Of a stretch of DNA of 64,000 nt, positions 37,001 through 52,000 are shown piece after piece. The translations under genes and the position numbers were made by a program. Origin of the DNA: Callorhinchus milii. Lineage: Eukaryota. Location: positions 124,746,001 through 124,810,000 of the forward strand of contig NW_024704742.1 of the NCBI RefSeq assembly GCF_018977255.1. The letters are read 5' to 3'. Below the pieces are notes generated by a model. It was given only the letters and a program-made list of their open reading frames with translations, did not search any database and was not told where the DNA came from. How positions within the stretch are numbered: the stretch's first letter is position 1; each line of letters opens with the position of its first letter.

Positions 37001-40000
37001 CAGCCTAGCGATCGGTAGACTAGGTCAAGCCCTTCAAATATGGATTTTATGAAAAATTAATTACTCTAATCATGAATTTTTGTTTCCTCTGTATTCCACA
37101 CATTAGATATAGAGTCTTTTATGTCAGAGGGCATCTCAAAGTGCTTCATGGGATTTACTGTAGAGTGTAGTGACTACTTTGTTGGCGAACACTACAATAA
37201 TAACAATCCTTTCATTTGATATAGAGCCTTATTACATCGTTGAGATGTCTAAAAGTGCTTCATTGAATATCATGTAAAGTGAGTTGACTGTATATTTTAT
37301 GAGAGAATAAGTTAGCATGGTAATTATTTTATTCAATTACCTAATACAAAATCCATAAATTATTTTAAGAGGGAAATAGAAAGATGCTCATGAAAAAATC
37401 ATATTGAATCATACAGGGTTCGGGGAGTGAGCAAGAGTGTGAGATTAGTGGTTTACGTGAAGAAAAGCAACTGCACCAGCGCCTTGGGACGTCCTCCCAA
37501 CGTGAAAGGCGCTATATAAATGTAATTTATTGTTGTTGATGATGATGATGATGATGGACAAATGGCCTGTCTGTCTTTTATAAAAATTATAACACATTGT
37601 GGAGCCTGTTGAGACTGAGTGTGTGTTTTCACAAGATTACATGAGAAAATGTAAATCTGGATGAAGAAGACACTTTGTATCTTTCGATCTCATCCTTCCA
37701 GAATACCCACCACGCTGCCACTTTTGTAGCACCAAGCTTTTTCTTAATTACCTATGCTGGTAGCACTCTGAGTCAAAAAGTTTGTGGCCTTAAACCCAAC
37801 GTCATGAAATCATGCCACTCCAGTACAATGCTGGGGAAGTGTCACATTGTTGGAGATGCTTCAGATCAAATGTTAAAGCGAGGTCCTGTCTGCCTGTTAA
37901 GACACATGTTAAATATCCCATGGCACTACTTGAAAAAGAAGCGATTTTCTCCTGATATCCTGGCCAACAATCCCCCAAATTAAAATTGGTCATTTGCTTC
38001 ATGGCTGTTTTGGGGAGATTGCTGTGCTCAAATTGGCTGCAGTGTGTATTGCTGAGATTATTGCAGCACTCTGTATTAAATCTACGGTCACTGGACAGAA
38101 GTGAGTGATGCTTCTTCTCTTATATTTCAATAAACTTTTTTATGCTTATTCAATGTGGTTAAACACAAGACGAAAAGTGGGTCAGATCAGGCCAAGCGCT
38201 GGATTATTGAGGTGTAGAAGACATTGAGGCCCTCATTATGAGAGTCATTGGAGAACATTAATTAAACTTGATTTGGCAATTATCTCTGTTTTGTGCCTTA
38301 TGAGGACAGTAAAGTTGTATTTTTGTTGGCAACGTGGAGCTTGACGCAACTCTTCTGGACTTCGAAGTTAAATCAAAGGCAAAATAATAATCTTTCCATT
38401 AGATATCGGATCTTATCATATCGAAACATCTCAAAGTGCTTCACAGATTTTCCAGCAAAACAGAGTGATAGTGTACTTTGCAGGTGAGTATGGTAGCCAA
38501 AATGCACATAGCAACATCCCACAAGCAGCCATGAAGTGAATGATCTGAGGGATTGTTGGCCACAACACTGGGAGAAGCTCCCATCTCTTTTCGAATAATG
38601 CCATGAGATTTTTAATGTCCACCTGAACAGGCAAATTGGATCTCGGTTTAATGCCTCATCCAAAGGATGTCATCTCCGACAATGCAGTGAACTGCGAGCA
38701 CTGGGCCATCAGCCTAGACTGAGCTCAAAGTCTCCACGTTGGGCTGGAAAGATCTCAGATTGAATTCCCAATCTATGCTTGAGTAAATTGATTTCAGGTG
38801 GATTGGTTAGTTAATGGTCAGTATAATTGGTTTCAGCACCACTGAAACATAGAAATATTCAGCGCAGAAGGAGGCCATTTGACCCAGCAACTTGTATTGC
38901 CACGCTGAAAGATCTGTCAGTTTAGTCCCATTCTCCTGCCTTTTCCCAATACGCTTTTATATAGTAATAATTCAGGAGGATGGAAATCAGTCAGTTTCCC
39001 ACTCCTGTTCATTATCCAGTGACTTGTGTTAGTTATGCTCCTTTATGCACATCAGGTGAGTAACACAGGATTGGCCCTAGCAACAGTGCATACTGATTAA
39101 ATTATTAACCAGCCTACTGTCCCTCATGATCAAGACTCATGAACAAATAATGCTCATTTTGGGGTTAATAATTGGAAAGCCAGTGTAATTGTTCATCATA
39201 ACAACACTTTCAGAACGGGAGGGAAAGGGAGTAAGCTGCTTAAAGATAAATTTGAATGATGGAAAAGTTGTTTTTTAAATGAGTTCAGTGGTCTTGTCTC
39301 AGCCGAGCCCTTGCTGTTAACTAAATCCAGCTGTTCTTTACTTCTGTCTAAATATATACTTCCTGATGACGAGCATAAAGTTGCCCCAAATGTACTTCTC
39401 CATAATTGGAAAACCACTTGCTTCAAAACTCTCATCCAGTTTTAAACAACTCATGGAATGGAACACAATAACTAAAACAAAACTGAAGGCTACTCTATAT
39501 CTTATGGCTCTTTTAGGCCTGTTCAGTGTGAAATACAGATGGTTCTTGCAAGTCAGGCAATCCATTTTAACATAAACTATGGAAGGATACTGAAAAGAAC
39601 ATCACCAACTCAATGTATTTTAACCTAATGTGGTCATAACAAACGTTTTAATCCCATTTTCCTGACTTTTCCCATAATATCCTTACCTCACAAGGATCTA
39701 ACTTTTAAAATTCCCAATTGTGACTGTATCTATAGCTGTCTGGGTTCACACTTTCCCATTACATTTTTGTATCTAAGACCTGTTCTTTTCAATGGTTTTA
39801 ACCTAAAGTGATTCTTAACAGACTAAGTGGGTATGGACCTACAGCCCAAACCCTGCTCTGAGAGCTGGTGCATATTCAATGAACTCCTTCTGAGCTGTAA
39901 ATTTCTCTGGCTCTAGGATTCTATGGATGGTCTGGAAGTGGCCCCTGCCTGCAGATGGTGGTTGGCGATCATGCAAAGATGGACAATAACTGATAAAAAG

Positions 40001-43000
40001 TGAGGCATACATCTCAAATTTACTCACCTAGCGGATTCGATCCCAAGAGCTGTCTTCGTCTGATTTCCGCCATACTGTTTGATCTTTTTGGCAGCCTCCA
40101 GGAGATCTTCTGTTGTGTTGTATTGATTCAGACTGATGATATGTGTGACGCTATGTCCATATTGCATAATTCCCACCTGAAGCATCAGCAAGGAAAGAAA
40201 AGGGCACTGAAATCGCAAACATTCCTTTGACATTATTCATCATGAATCTAGATAGACTTTTGTGAGCAGGGGGTCAAATGACATTTTTGCGATGTCGGCA
40301 TCAAATGAATTGATGATGGTTTCTGGTCCTAGTTTTGCTTTGATGTCATTTGACTCTTTGATGTGCAATTTACAATCAAAAATATAACCTGTGGCAGACA
40401 TCTGTGGAGATGCTCTAATGTATATTATTAGCGAGATAAAGATGCTTCCCAGACCCAAGAGGCAATGAAGAGAGAACAATGAGAATGAACTCCAGTGTTA
40501 GAGGAATTAATTATGTTCAAGCTAAGGCTCTTCAGTCTCGAGGGAAAACAACTTTGAGAGGACCTCATAGAGATGTATGAATTTTAAATGGGATTATAAA
40601 AGTAAACCAAGATCAATACTTTAGGATGCATCAACATTGTAAAACAGATGCCATAGGTTCAGAGTTAGAAAAACACTTTTTTTTGTCCTTTGCCCAATTT
40701 GCTTCTTTATAGTAATCCAGTATTCTATATTTATATAGCAATATAGGATGGATACAGGGAAGTTTTTTTTCCGTACAGATGGTAATTAACAGCAGAAACC
40801 GGTCTCTAAGAAAGGTGATTGACGTCAGGCCACTAGACACATTTTTTAAAAAAAACTGCTGTGATGCTATGATGTTGAAGCTGTGATGGGGGAATGGTAA
40901 CATGTTTGTTCTGGAGATGAGATCAGATCGGCCAAAGGGTCTTCTTCATCCATATCAATCTTGTGATAACATTTTATTGGTTATTCACATTACGTGGAGT
41001 CCTGTAGCTCAGTGGTTAGAGCACACGCTTTGCAAGTGAGAGACCCGAGTTCAATTCCAGGCAGGTCAGGGCAAAACCTTGGGCAAGTTTCCTTACTCCA
41101 CACAGAGCCTAATAATAATCCCTCCAAAACCAAAAACGATAATAAATTGGTCATTTTCATTCTACGACTGTTTGTGGGACATTGCTGTGCGTAATTGGCT
41201 GCCGCGTTCGCCCACAAATATACAGTCTATTCACTTTACAGTGTGTTCTGTGAAGCGCTTTGGGATGTCCTCCTGACATGAAAAGCGCTATATCAAATGC
41301 AAGGATTATTATTATTATTATTATTATGGATGTTTGTGGGACATTACTGTGGCTGCTGCATTTGCCTACAAATACAGTAAAACCAGTAAAGCTGTTTGAG
41401 ACATCTCAAGAACGTGATAAGACATTGTATAAAAAGCAAGGATTATTATCATTATTTTTCCTTTCTTAAAAGGCTTTCTACCCTTGTTCAGACAAAAAAT
41501 GGCATACAAAGTAACCCATACAATTAAGTTAGTTTCCAAATGCAGGGATGAAAACGCACTGTAACACAATGTATCTGATGCGATTTACAAGAGATGGATT
41601 TGATGTGATAAATCCAATCAAACCTGACAGGAAATACTAAATTTTCAATCTGTGTTTTCTAAAATGAGCACAAAATTAACCTTGATCCTTCCTTGTTCAC
41701 TCATCCCCAGGTCACAAGCGACAATAAAATGCCCCAAGCAAGCTATTTAGAAGTCTTAGTAAAAGAGAATGCATACTCTAAAAGGTTGTAAAATTTTAAA
41801 GGAGAATCATCTTTCTGAAAAAGGGGATAGGTGAGTTTTCTTGAGCTGGAAAGGGAAATACAGCATATCATCTTTATCATAGAGATATTATGTGGAGTTC
41901 TGTAGCTCAGTGGTTAGAGCACTTGCCTCACAAGCAAGAGATCTGGATTCCCGGCAGGGCGAAATGTTGAGCAAGTTTACTTACTCCATATGCCTCTGTT
42001 TACCTAGCAGTAAGTAGGAACGCAGTCGTTAGTCGATTGGCAGATCGCTTTTCTGGGGGTAATAATTCCTTCAAAAAAAAATTGGTCACTCAATTCACGA
42101 CTGTTTGTGGGACACTGCTGTGTGCAATGTGTTTCGCTCACAAAATATACAATCAATTCACTGTACAGTATATTCTGTGAAACGGTTTGAGCCGTGTCTT
42201 GATAAGGCTGTCAAATGCAAGGATTATTATTATTATCATGTATAGGTGATGTATTTTTATCTGGTTTGTGCTGAAGTGTGTGTTTGGAGCTAAGTAATAA
42301 TAATAATCCTTGCATTTGATGTAGTGCCATATCACATCATCGAGGTGACTCAGAGAGCTTCACAGGACATTCTGTAAGGTGTAGGGACTGTGGATTTCAT
42401 GGGCTGAAACACAGCGACCAGTTGCGCACAGCAATGTCCCACAAACAGCCATGGAGTGGTTGACCAATTCGAGGGATTTTTGGCCAGGACAACAAGAGAA
42501 ACTCCTTTCTGTTTTCAAGTAGTGCCATGGGATCTTTAATGTCCACCTGTACAGGCAGATGGGACTTCAGGTTAACCTCTCACTTGAAGGACAGCACCTC
42601 TGACAAGGCAACCCCCCCACCCCACCCAGCACTGCAATGGAGTGGCAGCCTAGATTATGCCATTTCAAGTCCGGTGTGGAGCTTAAACCCACAACCTTCT
42701 GACTCGGAGACAATTGTGCTACTGCTGCACTAGGCTGACACACTAAAATAGATTCTAGGTGATGGTAGAACCCTTTTAAAAATGTTGACCTGTCAGTTTA
42801 ACACAAGTGCAAGCCTCACATGTGGTTCTGGGAGTCTTTGTCTTGGAAGACGACCCCCTGTGTTGTTGTTAGAAATCCTGCATTCCTGTCAAGTGCTACA
42901 TCATGGAAGCTTGACATATGGCCCTCTACAGAGTGATCATTTTCCAGCAAGATAGAGAGGAATAAAATGAAATTACAGTGGAAAGCTGGGGAGTCATCAC

Positions 43001-46000
43001 CCAGCTGTCATTGCAAGAACTAGTCTAGGAGGTCATTGCAACAGCTTCCTCCTTTGGGAATCATTGTCTTGTTTAGTTTCCTAAACAGGGAAATGGAGCT
43101 AATCAAGTGCAGCTGCTGGAAAGCTGCATTTACGTAATATTAGTGCAAGGTATCTATAATTTAACCAAAACTGCTGCCTGGTTTGTTCTACTCAGTTTAT
43201 TAATATTAATAATGACAGCAGACAGAGTCCACTGTGCTTTTTTGACATCATTTAAACATCATTACGAATGTCAGAATACTCTGGTCTTTTCTTGCATTAA
43301 AATATTAAAATCTTTTCATACATATAACTTACAAAAACAAGAAACCCCACTTCCTCTTAAAGCTTGCGAAAATGATGTTGTAGTGAATGACAATTTGTCA
43401 AAGGGAGCAGTTAGGAGAATTGCATTTTTCAGAGAGGGATAATTCGTACAAACAAAATAGTGGCTGAGGCTGAATTCATAATAATTTCAAAAGATGAACA
43501 TCTGAAAGAAAGAATCTAAAGTTTATTGGGACAAGTCTGGGGTTATGAGACCAACCAGACAGCTATACAGAGAGCTGGTACAAGCATGATGGCCGAATTT
43601 CTGTGCTGAAAAGTTTCTATGATTCTCAATTTAGCATGAGGTGTGGTGGAGAAATAAATAAAAACTTTTTTCGACCATTGTTGCCAGATTGCGTATCACC
43701 TATGGTGTAAAATCAATCCAAGTTGCTGCTGTCAGAACAATCCACCTCACATGCTTGACTCCCTTTAATCAGGGTGGTCCAACTTATTGCTGCTGAGAGC
43801 AGAAACGTCTGTGGGCCGCATAAGCAATATTTTTGTGTTTCCCTTACAAAACCATAACGTTTATAGGTTATGGAGGGAGCACGTGGGAAAATGAAATGGT
43901 GGGGTGGGGGTGTGGTAGGGCGATTGGACCATTCTGCTTTATATTATTAAAATGTTAGTGGCCGCAATAAGAACATGGAACTTTTTTTTTCTGCCTTCAA
44001 AACCAGATATCCCTGAATTGACCTTTGAGAAAGCAAGGTTGTTTATTGCCTGGAACAGGTCTACAAACTCTCTGTTCTCAATATTATCTGTTGAAATCAT
44101 GAACAACAATTTTACATTTATATAGTGCCTTTCACGTCGGGAGGACATCTCAAAGTGCTTTACAGAACTGAGGGTGTACCTGAGCTGGTGGTGGGAACCT
44201 CGTGACAGTACATGGTGTGAAAGTATCCTTAAGAATAGCAGGATTAGCTTGTAACTCCAGAAAAAGGCATGTCGAAGTCTGACTGGGACTACAGGAATGC
44301 TGTTATGTCTGTCTGGGAGAATGGTTATAGAAAATAAATTAAGAGTGGGTGTCTTTTGATTCACCATTTAATTTTGCTTTAATGAGCAGGAATTACTAGA
44401 CAGCAGCAAACACCGACTGATTAAAGCACAGGATGTTCTGTACTTATCCATGACAGTGCTAACATTAACTTACATTGGCTACAGAAATTATACTAAAATA
44501 AAGGAATGTGATTGCATTTAGCAATCCAAGTAATACTTCCCAACAAATGACTATTCTTCTTCAAAGGAACTACTATATAATAATAATAATCCTTGCATTT
44601 GTTATAGCTGGAGCCTTTCATAACCAGGAGGATGTCTCAAAGCGCTTCACAAGATTTACTGTAGAGTGGAGTGACTGTGTATTTTGTAGGCAAACTCAGC
44701 CTTGAAGTGAATACCAATTGTTTCTCGAGGATTGTTTGCCGGAATACCAAGAAAAACTCTTCTCTTTTCCTTGGTCTGCTCTATCCTCTATAATATTTAC
44801 ACTCTCCATCCTTGATTCCAGGACCACTGGTGTTTTACTGATTGCCTGTTGCGTATCAAGTACTGAATGAGAGCTAACTTTCTCCAGTTCAATGTCGACA
44901 AGACAGAGTCTCACCTCACCCCTTCCCTTGTATCCTTCAAAGTCCCTCTCAAGACCTTCCTCTTTGACTGCACCTTCGGTCATCGTCCCTCCCTCCCACC
45001 TCTACCAAATCCAACTCCTAGCTCAGGTGCAAACCCTCAACTGTCCAAAACATTGGGACATCCTCCCACCATGAAAAGTGCTTTATAATGCAATTAAAAT
45101 GCAATTTGCTGCTGTTGCTTTCAAATAGTGTCATGGTATTTTTATCATCCACCTGAACAGGCAGGCAGGACCTAAGTTTAACATCTCATCTGAAGGCTGT
45201 CATCTCCGACAATGCAGCACACTCCCAGCACTGCATTGGAGTCAGCCTAAAGATTGAGTTCAAAATCCCGACATGAAGCTTGAACCCATAACCTTCCAAT
45301 TCAGAGGATGTATCATTATCCAAACACACATACAGCTTTTCCAATTTCAGGCATTTCAGATGCTGTATATTACAGTTACAGGCTGTACGGCACTTCTGGG
45401 TGTAACTAAAATGCCCTGAATAAGAGCGTGGAGGGCAAGAAGCGGGGCAGAGAGAGGATCTTAGTTCTGTGCCTATTGTACATCCCGAACAAGGCACAGT
45501 GGCACCCTCAACAGGAAGAGGGCTAGAAATAACCACTGCAGCTGCCGAGCATAGATGTTCTGAAATAAGATGAATGTTTTCCATTTATTAGAACCAACTG
45601 CTGCCTAATTCATGCATGCCTGAAACATGTTGATTGCAGGACTCTTTTCAGTCTTGTCTGGGTTGTGAAAAGTGCAAAAGGAATAAGGCCGTATTGTACG
45701 GTCTGTGTCAGACAGTTAGATCAGAGGCCTAAAATCCTACAAGGACTTAGTCTAACATAATTTTCTTAAAATGTAACATCATATGGAATTTTGGAAAACA
45801 TTCTCAATGCCAGTCTTAATTTAGCATTTTTCCATAGTTTTTTTTTGGGTGTTAACAATACTTAACTTGAAAGCTTCCAAATGAAGACTGAATTGAAGAT
45901 TGTTTTCCAAAATTCAGTCTTGTAACACTCTTATATTTTGAAATCATAGGCTTAAGGCTATGACTAACCTTTCAGATTTTTGGGGGCCTCATCTTTCTTG

Positions 46001-49000
46001 GTAAATTGCTGTACTTCAGGCTCAGCTAATTTTAAGACATGTATACCAAATTTAGTCTTGAATTATTGCCATGGGTTGTGTCTATATGTGTGGGGAGAGG
46101 GAAGGGAGAGGAGGGGGTAGAGGGGGCAGAATGTCCTGGTTTCTTCATTCTACAGTAGTACCCGGTTATAATTTGCTTCAGTTTAACGTGAGTTTATTTA
46201 TAAAACAGGTGTGTTTTAGACCAATGGCCAGCTTCCTACACCCTAAGTTGATTGGTCAAAGTGGTCAATTTCAGTGTTAACAGGTCACTGCCAACATCAC
46301 TTTTTGCCCACTGCACATATAAAGAAATGCTGGAATCCTCTCTGAGCACAAGATTGTCTTCATTTCTTTGAATGAGTGTGTCTGTTTCAGACTGAATCAA
46401 AGTCATTATGCTGAACCAATCCATCTCCATGGATGTTTAGTTTAAGAAGGATAATGGTAGTTCTCGCAACAATGATTAAGCAAGCCAGGGGTCTTCAGCC
46501 TTGAGATAAGATAACTCAGATGGAACTGCATAGAGGGGACTACAATTTTAAATGGGATTGACAAAGTAAACTCAGATGAGTACATTAAGACGCAACACAA
46601 GAGTAGAACAAGAGGACATAGATTTAAAGTTGTAAAAAGCGACTTCAGTACATCAGGAAGTTTTTCTTCACTCAGGGTAATCAATGACTGGAACAGGTTG
46701 CCAGGAAAAGTAGCAGAGGCCAGGACCCTCAACTCATTTAAAAAGTAGCTTGATGCTGTGATGAAGGGAAAGGTAGCGTGGATGTTCTGGAAGAATGAGA
46801 TCAGATGAGCCAAAGGGTCTTCTTCATCTAAACCATCTTGCGAACAATAGTTTTCCACAGCCCTCGATCAAACAAACAGGTAATCAAAGCAAAATGATGA
46901 TCCAGACAAAAAATAACAAGTATGCCACTAACCTGGGTTTCTTGGGGACCAATTTTGATTTTTTCCAATAGTTTTATCAGAAACTTATTCACACTGGGCC
47001 AAGGATATATGCTGTTTGAACCATCAAGAACAATCATAATGTCCAGGCGAGACTTGCAGGCTGCAATTGTAACATATTTTAGAAAGGAGAGTTAGGAGGC
47101 AATATTTGATAATATTTGACTCCATGCAAAACAAAGTCAATATTTGAAGTGATTTTGGAAGTTTCAAATGTAAATGCTATAAACGGAGGAGGAAATAATA
47201 GAATAGCTAATACAACATTTTTTAAAAAAACTTTAAGAACATTAACCCTCATATCTCTTCTTTTTAGGTCTCCCTGTGTTGTGTTATTGCTTTTGATACT
47301 TTTCCATACTGTCACTTGAGATCAGGTAAAACTACTGCAAAATAAGGTACCAAATGAACCAATACTGCCTTGTGCTTCTAACTAATCAGTTTTCAGAATG
47401 GATTTCTCCCCCCCCCCACTCAATTAAGGACAAATCTACTCTGGATTATTTTCACTTTAAACAATCAAAATACTTAGGATGTTATGACCTATAATATATT
47501 TTATTGAGAAAACAATCAGCATCACTAAAACTATTGACGGTGATGGTCCCATTTTAAACTACTGTGGTTTGCTGCAACCTAAACCTATGAACTTTTCACA
47601 GGAAGTCATAACTGATTTTTTTTAACAATACATTACATATAGAACACTAATTTATATTTATATAGCATCTTTTATGTCAGGAGGACATCCCAAGATGCTA
47701 AACAATACTGGTTTGCCATCCGAGCTGGTTGTGGGAGCTGAAAGGGGTGGTGAGGAATAAAGTGACTAAAAGCGCAGGTGAAGAAGTCGTTTTTTTAATG
47801 AATAAATTAAATGCAACATTGTAGTGCTAAAGAAGTGCTAGCCTGAGCTCACTTGCATGTCACTGAGGAACTGAGCCAGTTAAATCATTTTCCAAATATT
47901 GTCAAATATACTATTCTCCTGAACAGCAGCCATCTCCGTGTAATGCAAATGGCAAGATTTAATTTACTATACTGTGTAACAACTTGGTACATTTTCAATC
48001 TGTCTTTACATATTTGGCCTGTTGGGTCACAATCTCTCCATTTAAGAGACGATAAAGGGTTAATAATTTTGCAGAACTTCATATACATATATAGACCCAC
48101 AGGCAAATACTGGCAATGCAGTATCAGTTGTTTTGTTTTCAAAGCAAATACTTTTCATGTTACTGTTTGTTTTCACACTAAAATTTATGTTTGGGAAAGA
48201 ATGATAAAATCCACTCTTGTGAGGGGGGAGGAGGGGCTTTTGTTTTTTTAATGCAGGGACACTGTTTGCCTGAATTGGAAGTTTAGACACATCTCTCTGC
48301 CATATATGCTCACTCTACTTCAGTAAGTGTTAGTGCATGCACTTCATCACTCTCCAAAGAGTACAGACACATCCTGCTTGACTGCATACCTTTCACTGTA
48401 GGCGCTATGGTGTTTACAACTTGGAAATTGGAGCTTACATTCGCACAGGCTCCAGTTGAGTAATAGAGACTCCCACACTTGTAAGAATAAAGTGGTCCAC
48501 ATGCCTGAAATAAAGAATGTGCATTGAATAGATTTCAGACACAGCAATGTCCTACAAACAATGAACGCCACCTTGAACAATGCAGCACTGCACTGGAGTG
48601 TCACTATATGAGTTCCACGTCTCCACGTGTTACTAACGGAGCCAGGCTGACACACAAAATAAGGAGTACATTAACTTCATAGAAGTACACAGAGAATAAC
48701 AGTGACTCCTATTTCAACTAAGCAGAAATGACAAAGTAGAATTTTAGTAAAACTTTTAAGATACCTCATAAACTGCTAAGGCAAAGTTCAAATGGTCCTA
48801 ATTGTCAACTGAAATCTTAAGAAACAATCATAAAATGCTTCCCTGGTTTCACTCCTATTTCATAGAGTTTATATTGCTTGAGTTTTATCTGAGGGTTTTG
48901 AATCAGTTTTTTTCTAGACATTCTCCATGGTCATATTATACAGTGATATGGTGTCCCGGGACGTCAATAGCTGCAAGTCTGAGAAATGATCTGTAATTTA

Positions 49001-52000
49001 TTATCTAAAATAAATATAAAATGTATATAAAACTACATTTTATACTGTTAAATGGCTGTACCTTTTAAAATCTATTTTGCTGCTTTTCAAATGTACACCT
49101 GCTTTCTGTTTCCTAACATCTGCAAAAATAATTTATTGTACTTTTCTTATGTGAAATATTACACAGTAAAGGTATAAAACAATAGTAGGTCATATAATGA
49201 TTCATAACAATACAGTATGAAGGACAACTTCAAGCCCAGGTGTCTGAATAAAACACTGAAGCATATTGATACATTCGTCCTGTCAACCAATTGCAGATTA
49301 AAACCTGTAATTCTAGAATAATGGTGGTTTCCTCCTGAGGATTTGTTACAGTGCTGGAGATTCTGGAGTCTTATGTTCTGACTGCTTGCAAATATCTCCT
49401 GTGTAACAACAGTTCCGTACTGGTGGACTACTCTACAGCAATCAACCCTATGAATATATAAACACTAACTGCAATAAATCGTCTACCTTTCACATGTGTG
49501 CAACTACACTTTTAGTTCTGCACCAGATAGTCTGATATGTGAATAGTCAGGGTATGGATGCTCAGTGATCCACTGCAGTTGATTTCAGTTTGGGCAGCAG
49601 TTGGACTGCTGACTTAGCCTCAGTGCTCCAGAGCTTAGGGTCTGGGAAGAGGAAATCTTGGAATGGAATGTGCACTCTCTTGAGAAGTGGATGGGAACCA
49701 ACAAACCTTAGGCGAATGGGTTAATATTTTGTACAGATGAAAGGAAGTGTCACGGTAACACTAGGGTAAGATTTCCAATGTTTTAAGCCTCGGTTTGTTA
49801 CCTAATGCTTGTGTAAATGACCGTTAAGTGACAGTGCACCTCTCCAGGGAAGAGGAATTGCCTTTAAGACCCAGATTGCTACCATCTTTGATTCTCTTGT
49901 GAGTCAAGGGGAGTATTATAATGAATTCTAACTCCTAGTGTGATTTATAACCTACTTTATGTGTTGAATATTTATTTTGCAGGTTTGATGTGCTAAGAAG
50001 GAGCAAAATACATGCTCTCTTCAAGCCATGAAATGAAATGATTCATGGCTGGAGAGAACATGGATTTCACTCTCTGATACTGCATTGATAGAGGTGCACT
50101 TCTATGTATTAAATGTTCCACCTGCCTGTTCAGTTGGATGCTAAAGATCCCATGGAACTATTGAAAAAAAGAAGGGATTATCTCTTGGTGTCCTGGCCAA
50201 CAATTCTCCAGATAGAAATTCATTTCATGGCTGTTTTTAGGACATCGCTGTGCAGAAGTTGACTGTTGTGTTTGCCGACAAACATACAGTCTTGAGACAT
50301 TGCAGAAACTCCCTGGAGTGTTTTGAGGTGTTTTGACACTACGGACCACATATCAATTCTGGAAAACAAACATTTAGGTAAATATTTACCCAAAAACATA
50401 TGTTCTGGATTTCCTATTCTCTTTTGTTATCTTTATTTTGAAGCTATGATCCCCTGCTCTGGAATTTTGCACTTGGCAGAAAAAGTTAAATGAATTCTTG
50501 CTTTCCAGGCCCTTCTTAATCTTAAATACCATGATGAAGTAAACCACAGAATTCTCTGATCAAAAACCCCAGGTTGCTAACCTTTCCTTATAATTTTGTC
50601 TTTTATGTTCTGGATTTAATCCAGTCACCCTTCACTGAATCCCATCCAACGCTGTTTTTGATATATATATTTGTCATTAGCTGCAAATAATAGTAATAAT
50701 CCTTGCATTTGGTATAGCACTTTCCATGGCAGGGGGATATCTCAAACCACTTCACAGGATATAGTAATTTGCAGATGAATGTGGCAGTCAATTTGCTCTC
50801 AGCAATGCCTCACAAAAAGCTATGAAGTGAATGATAAATTTTATTTGGTGGATTGGCCATGATACCAGGAGAAACTTCCCCTTTCTCCTTTAGAAAGTGG
50901 TTTGACATAGGACTAGATCTTGCAATACTTTCTTTACACTGATCTAAATTGAGTAGGTGTTTCACATTTTCACAGCAGAAATTAATTTTAGGACTACATG
51001 GTGTGTGTTTGATAATCATCTCGCGTCCCATCACCAGAGCCAAGTTTAAGATGGAAGATCATAAACTTGGTTGAACTTCACATTCCAACGTGATCTCTGC
51101 TTAAGACAACCACACATCTTTCAGATGAATAAATGGTAAAACACATGTTTTGCATAAATAACATTCTGTTCCTGCTTGTTCTTTGGAAACAAGATTATTA
51201 TGCGGAAGTTGCAGTGTGCTGTAACTCTCAACAAAGGAAATTCATTACCAGTTAAGTTAAGAAACAATCCACTTGCAGAATTGATTGAAGGAGGAAATGC
51301 AGAATGTGGTGTGATAAATATGTAATCTGTGTATTTTGTATGCGAATGTAGCAACCAATTGTGTGATAATTATCTTAACACACTGCATGCAGCCTTCTAG
51401 CACAAAGGCAAGAGTGCTATCACCTGAATGAGGCTGGCACCAATTTAAATAAAACCACACGGTTATATTTTGTCCAGATAAGAACTCCACCTTTGTAGGC
51501 ACCACCTGTTCACATAGAATGTGTGTGACGAATACATGAGGGAGAAGGGAACAGATGGATACAGGAGAGGGGATTAGGAAGGATGGTGGGTTGTGTGGAG
51601 TATAAACATTCTATGCCATTCTCTGCATCCTCCCCTTAAATCACCTTATGAATTATTGCTTCATTCCTAATAAAACTAACAGAGACAGCAACATTTTAAC
51701 TGCTGATCATTCTTACCAGAAAACCTCCTTTAGGATTGGGTGCCAGTGTCGTGCCCAGCGTCATATTCTCCTTCACTTGAGTGATATTGGGAACAGATAT
51801 AGACTCTGTGAACAGAAAAATGATAGGATCCATGTCTGTGAATGTGAACTGTAGATACTCGTTTTTATAAGCTTATTATTATAATAACAATCCTTGCATT
51901 TGATACAGCGCCTTTCAAGTCAGGAGAACATCTCAAACCACTTCACAGTTTATACTGTAAACTGTTGTGACTGTGTATGTGAACGTGACAGCCATTTGCA

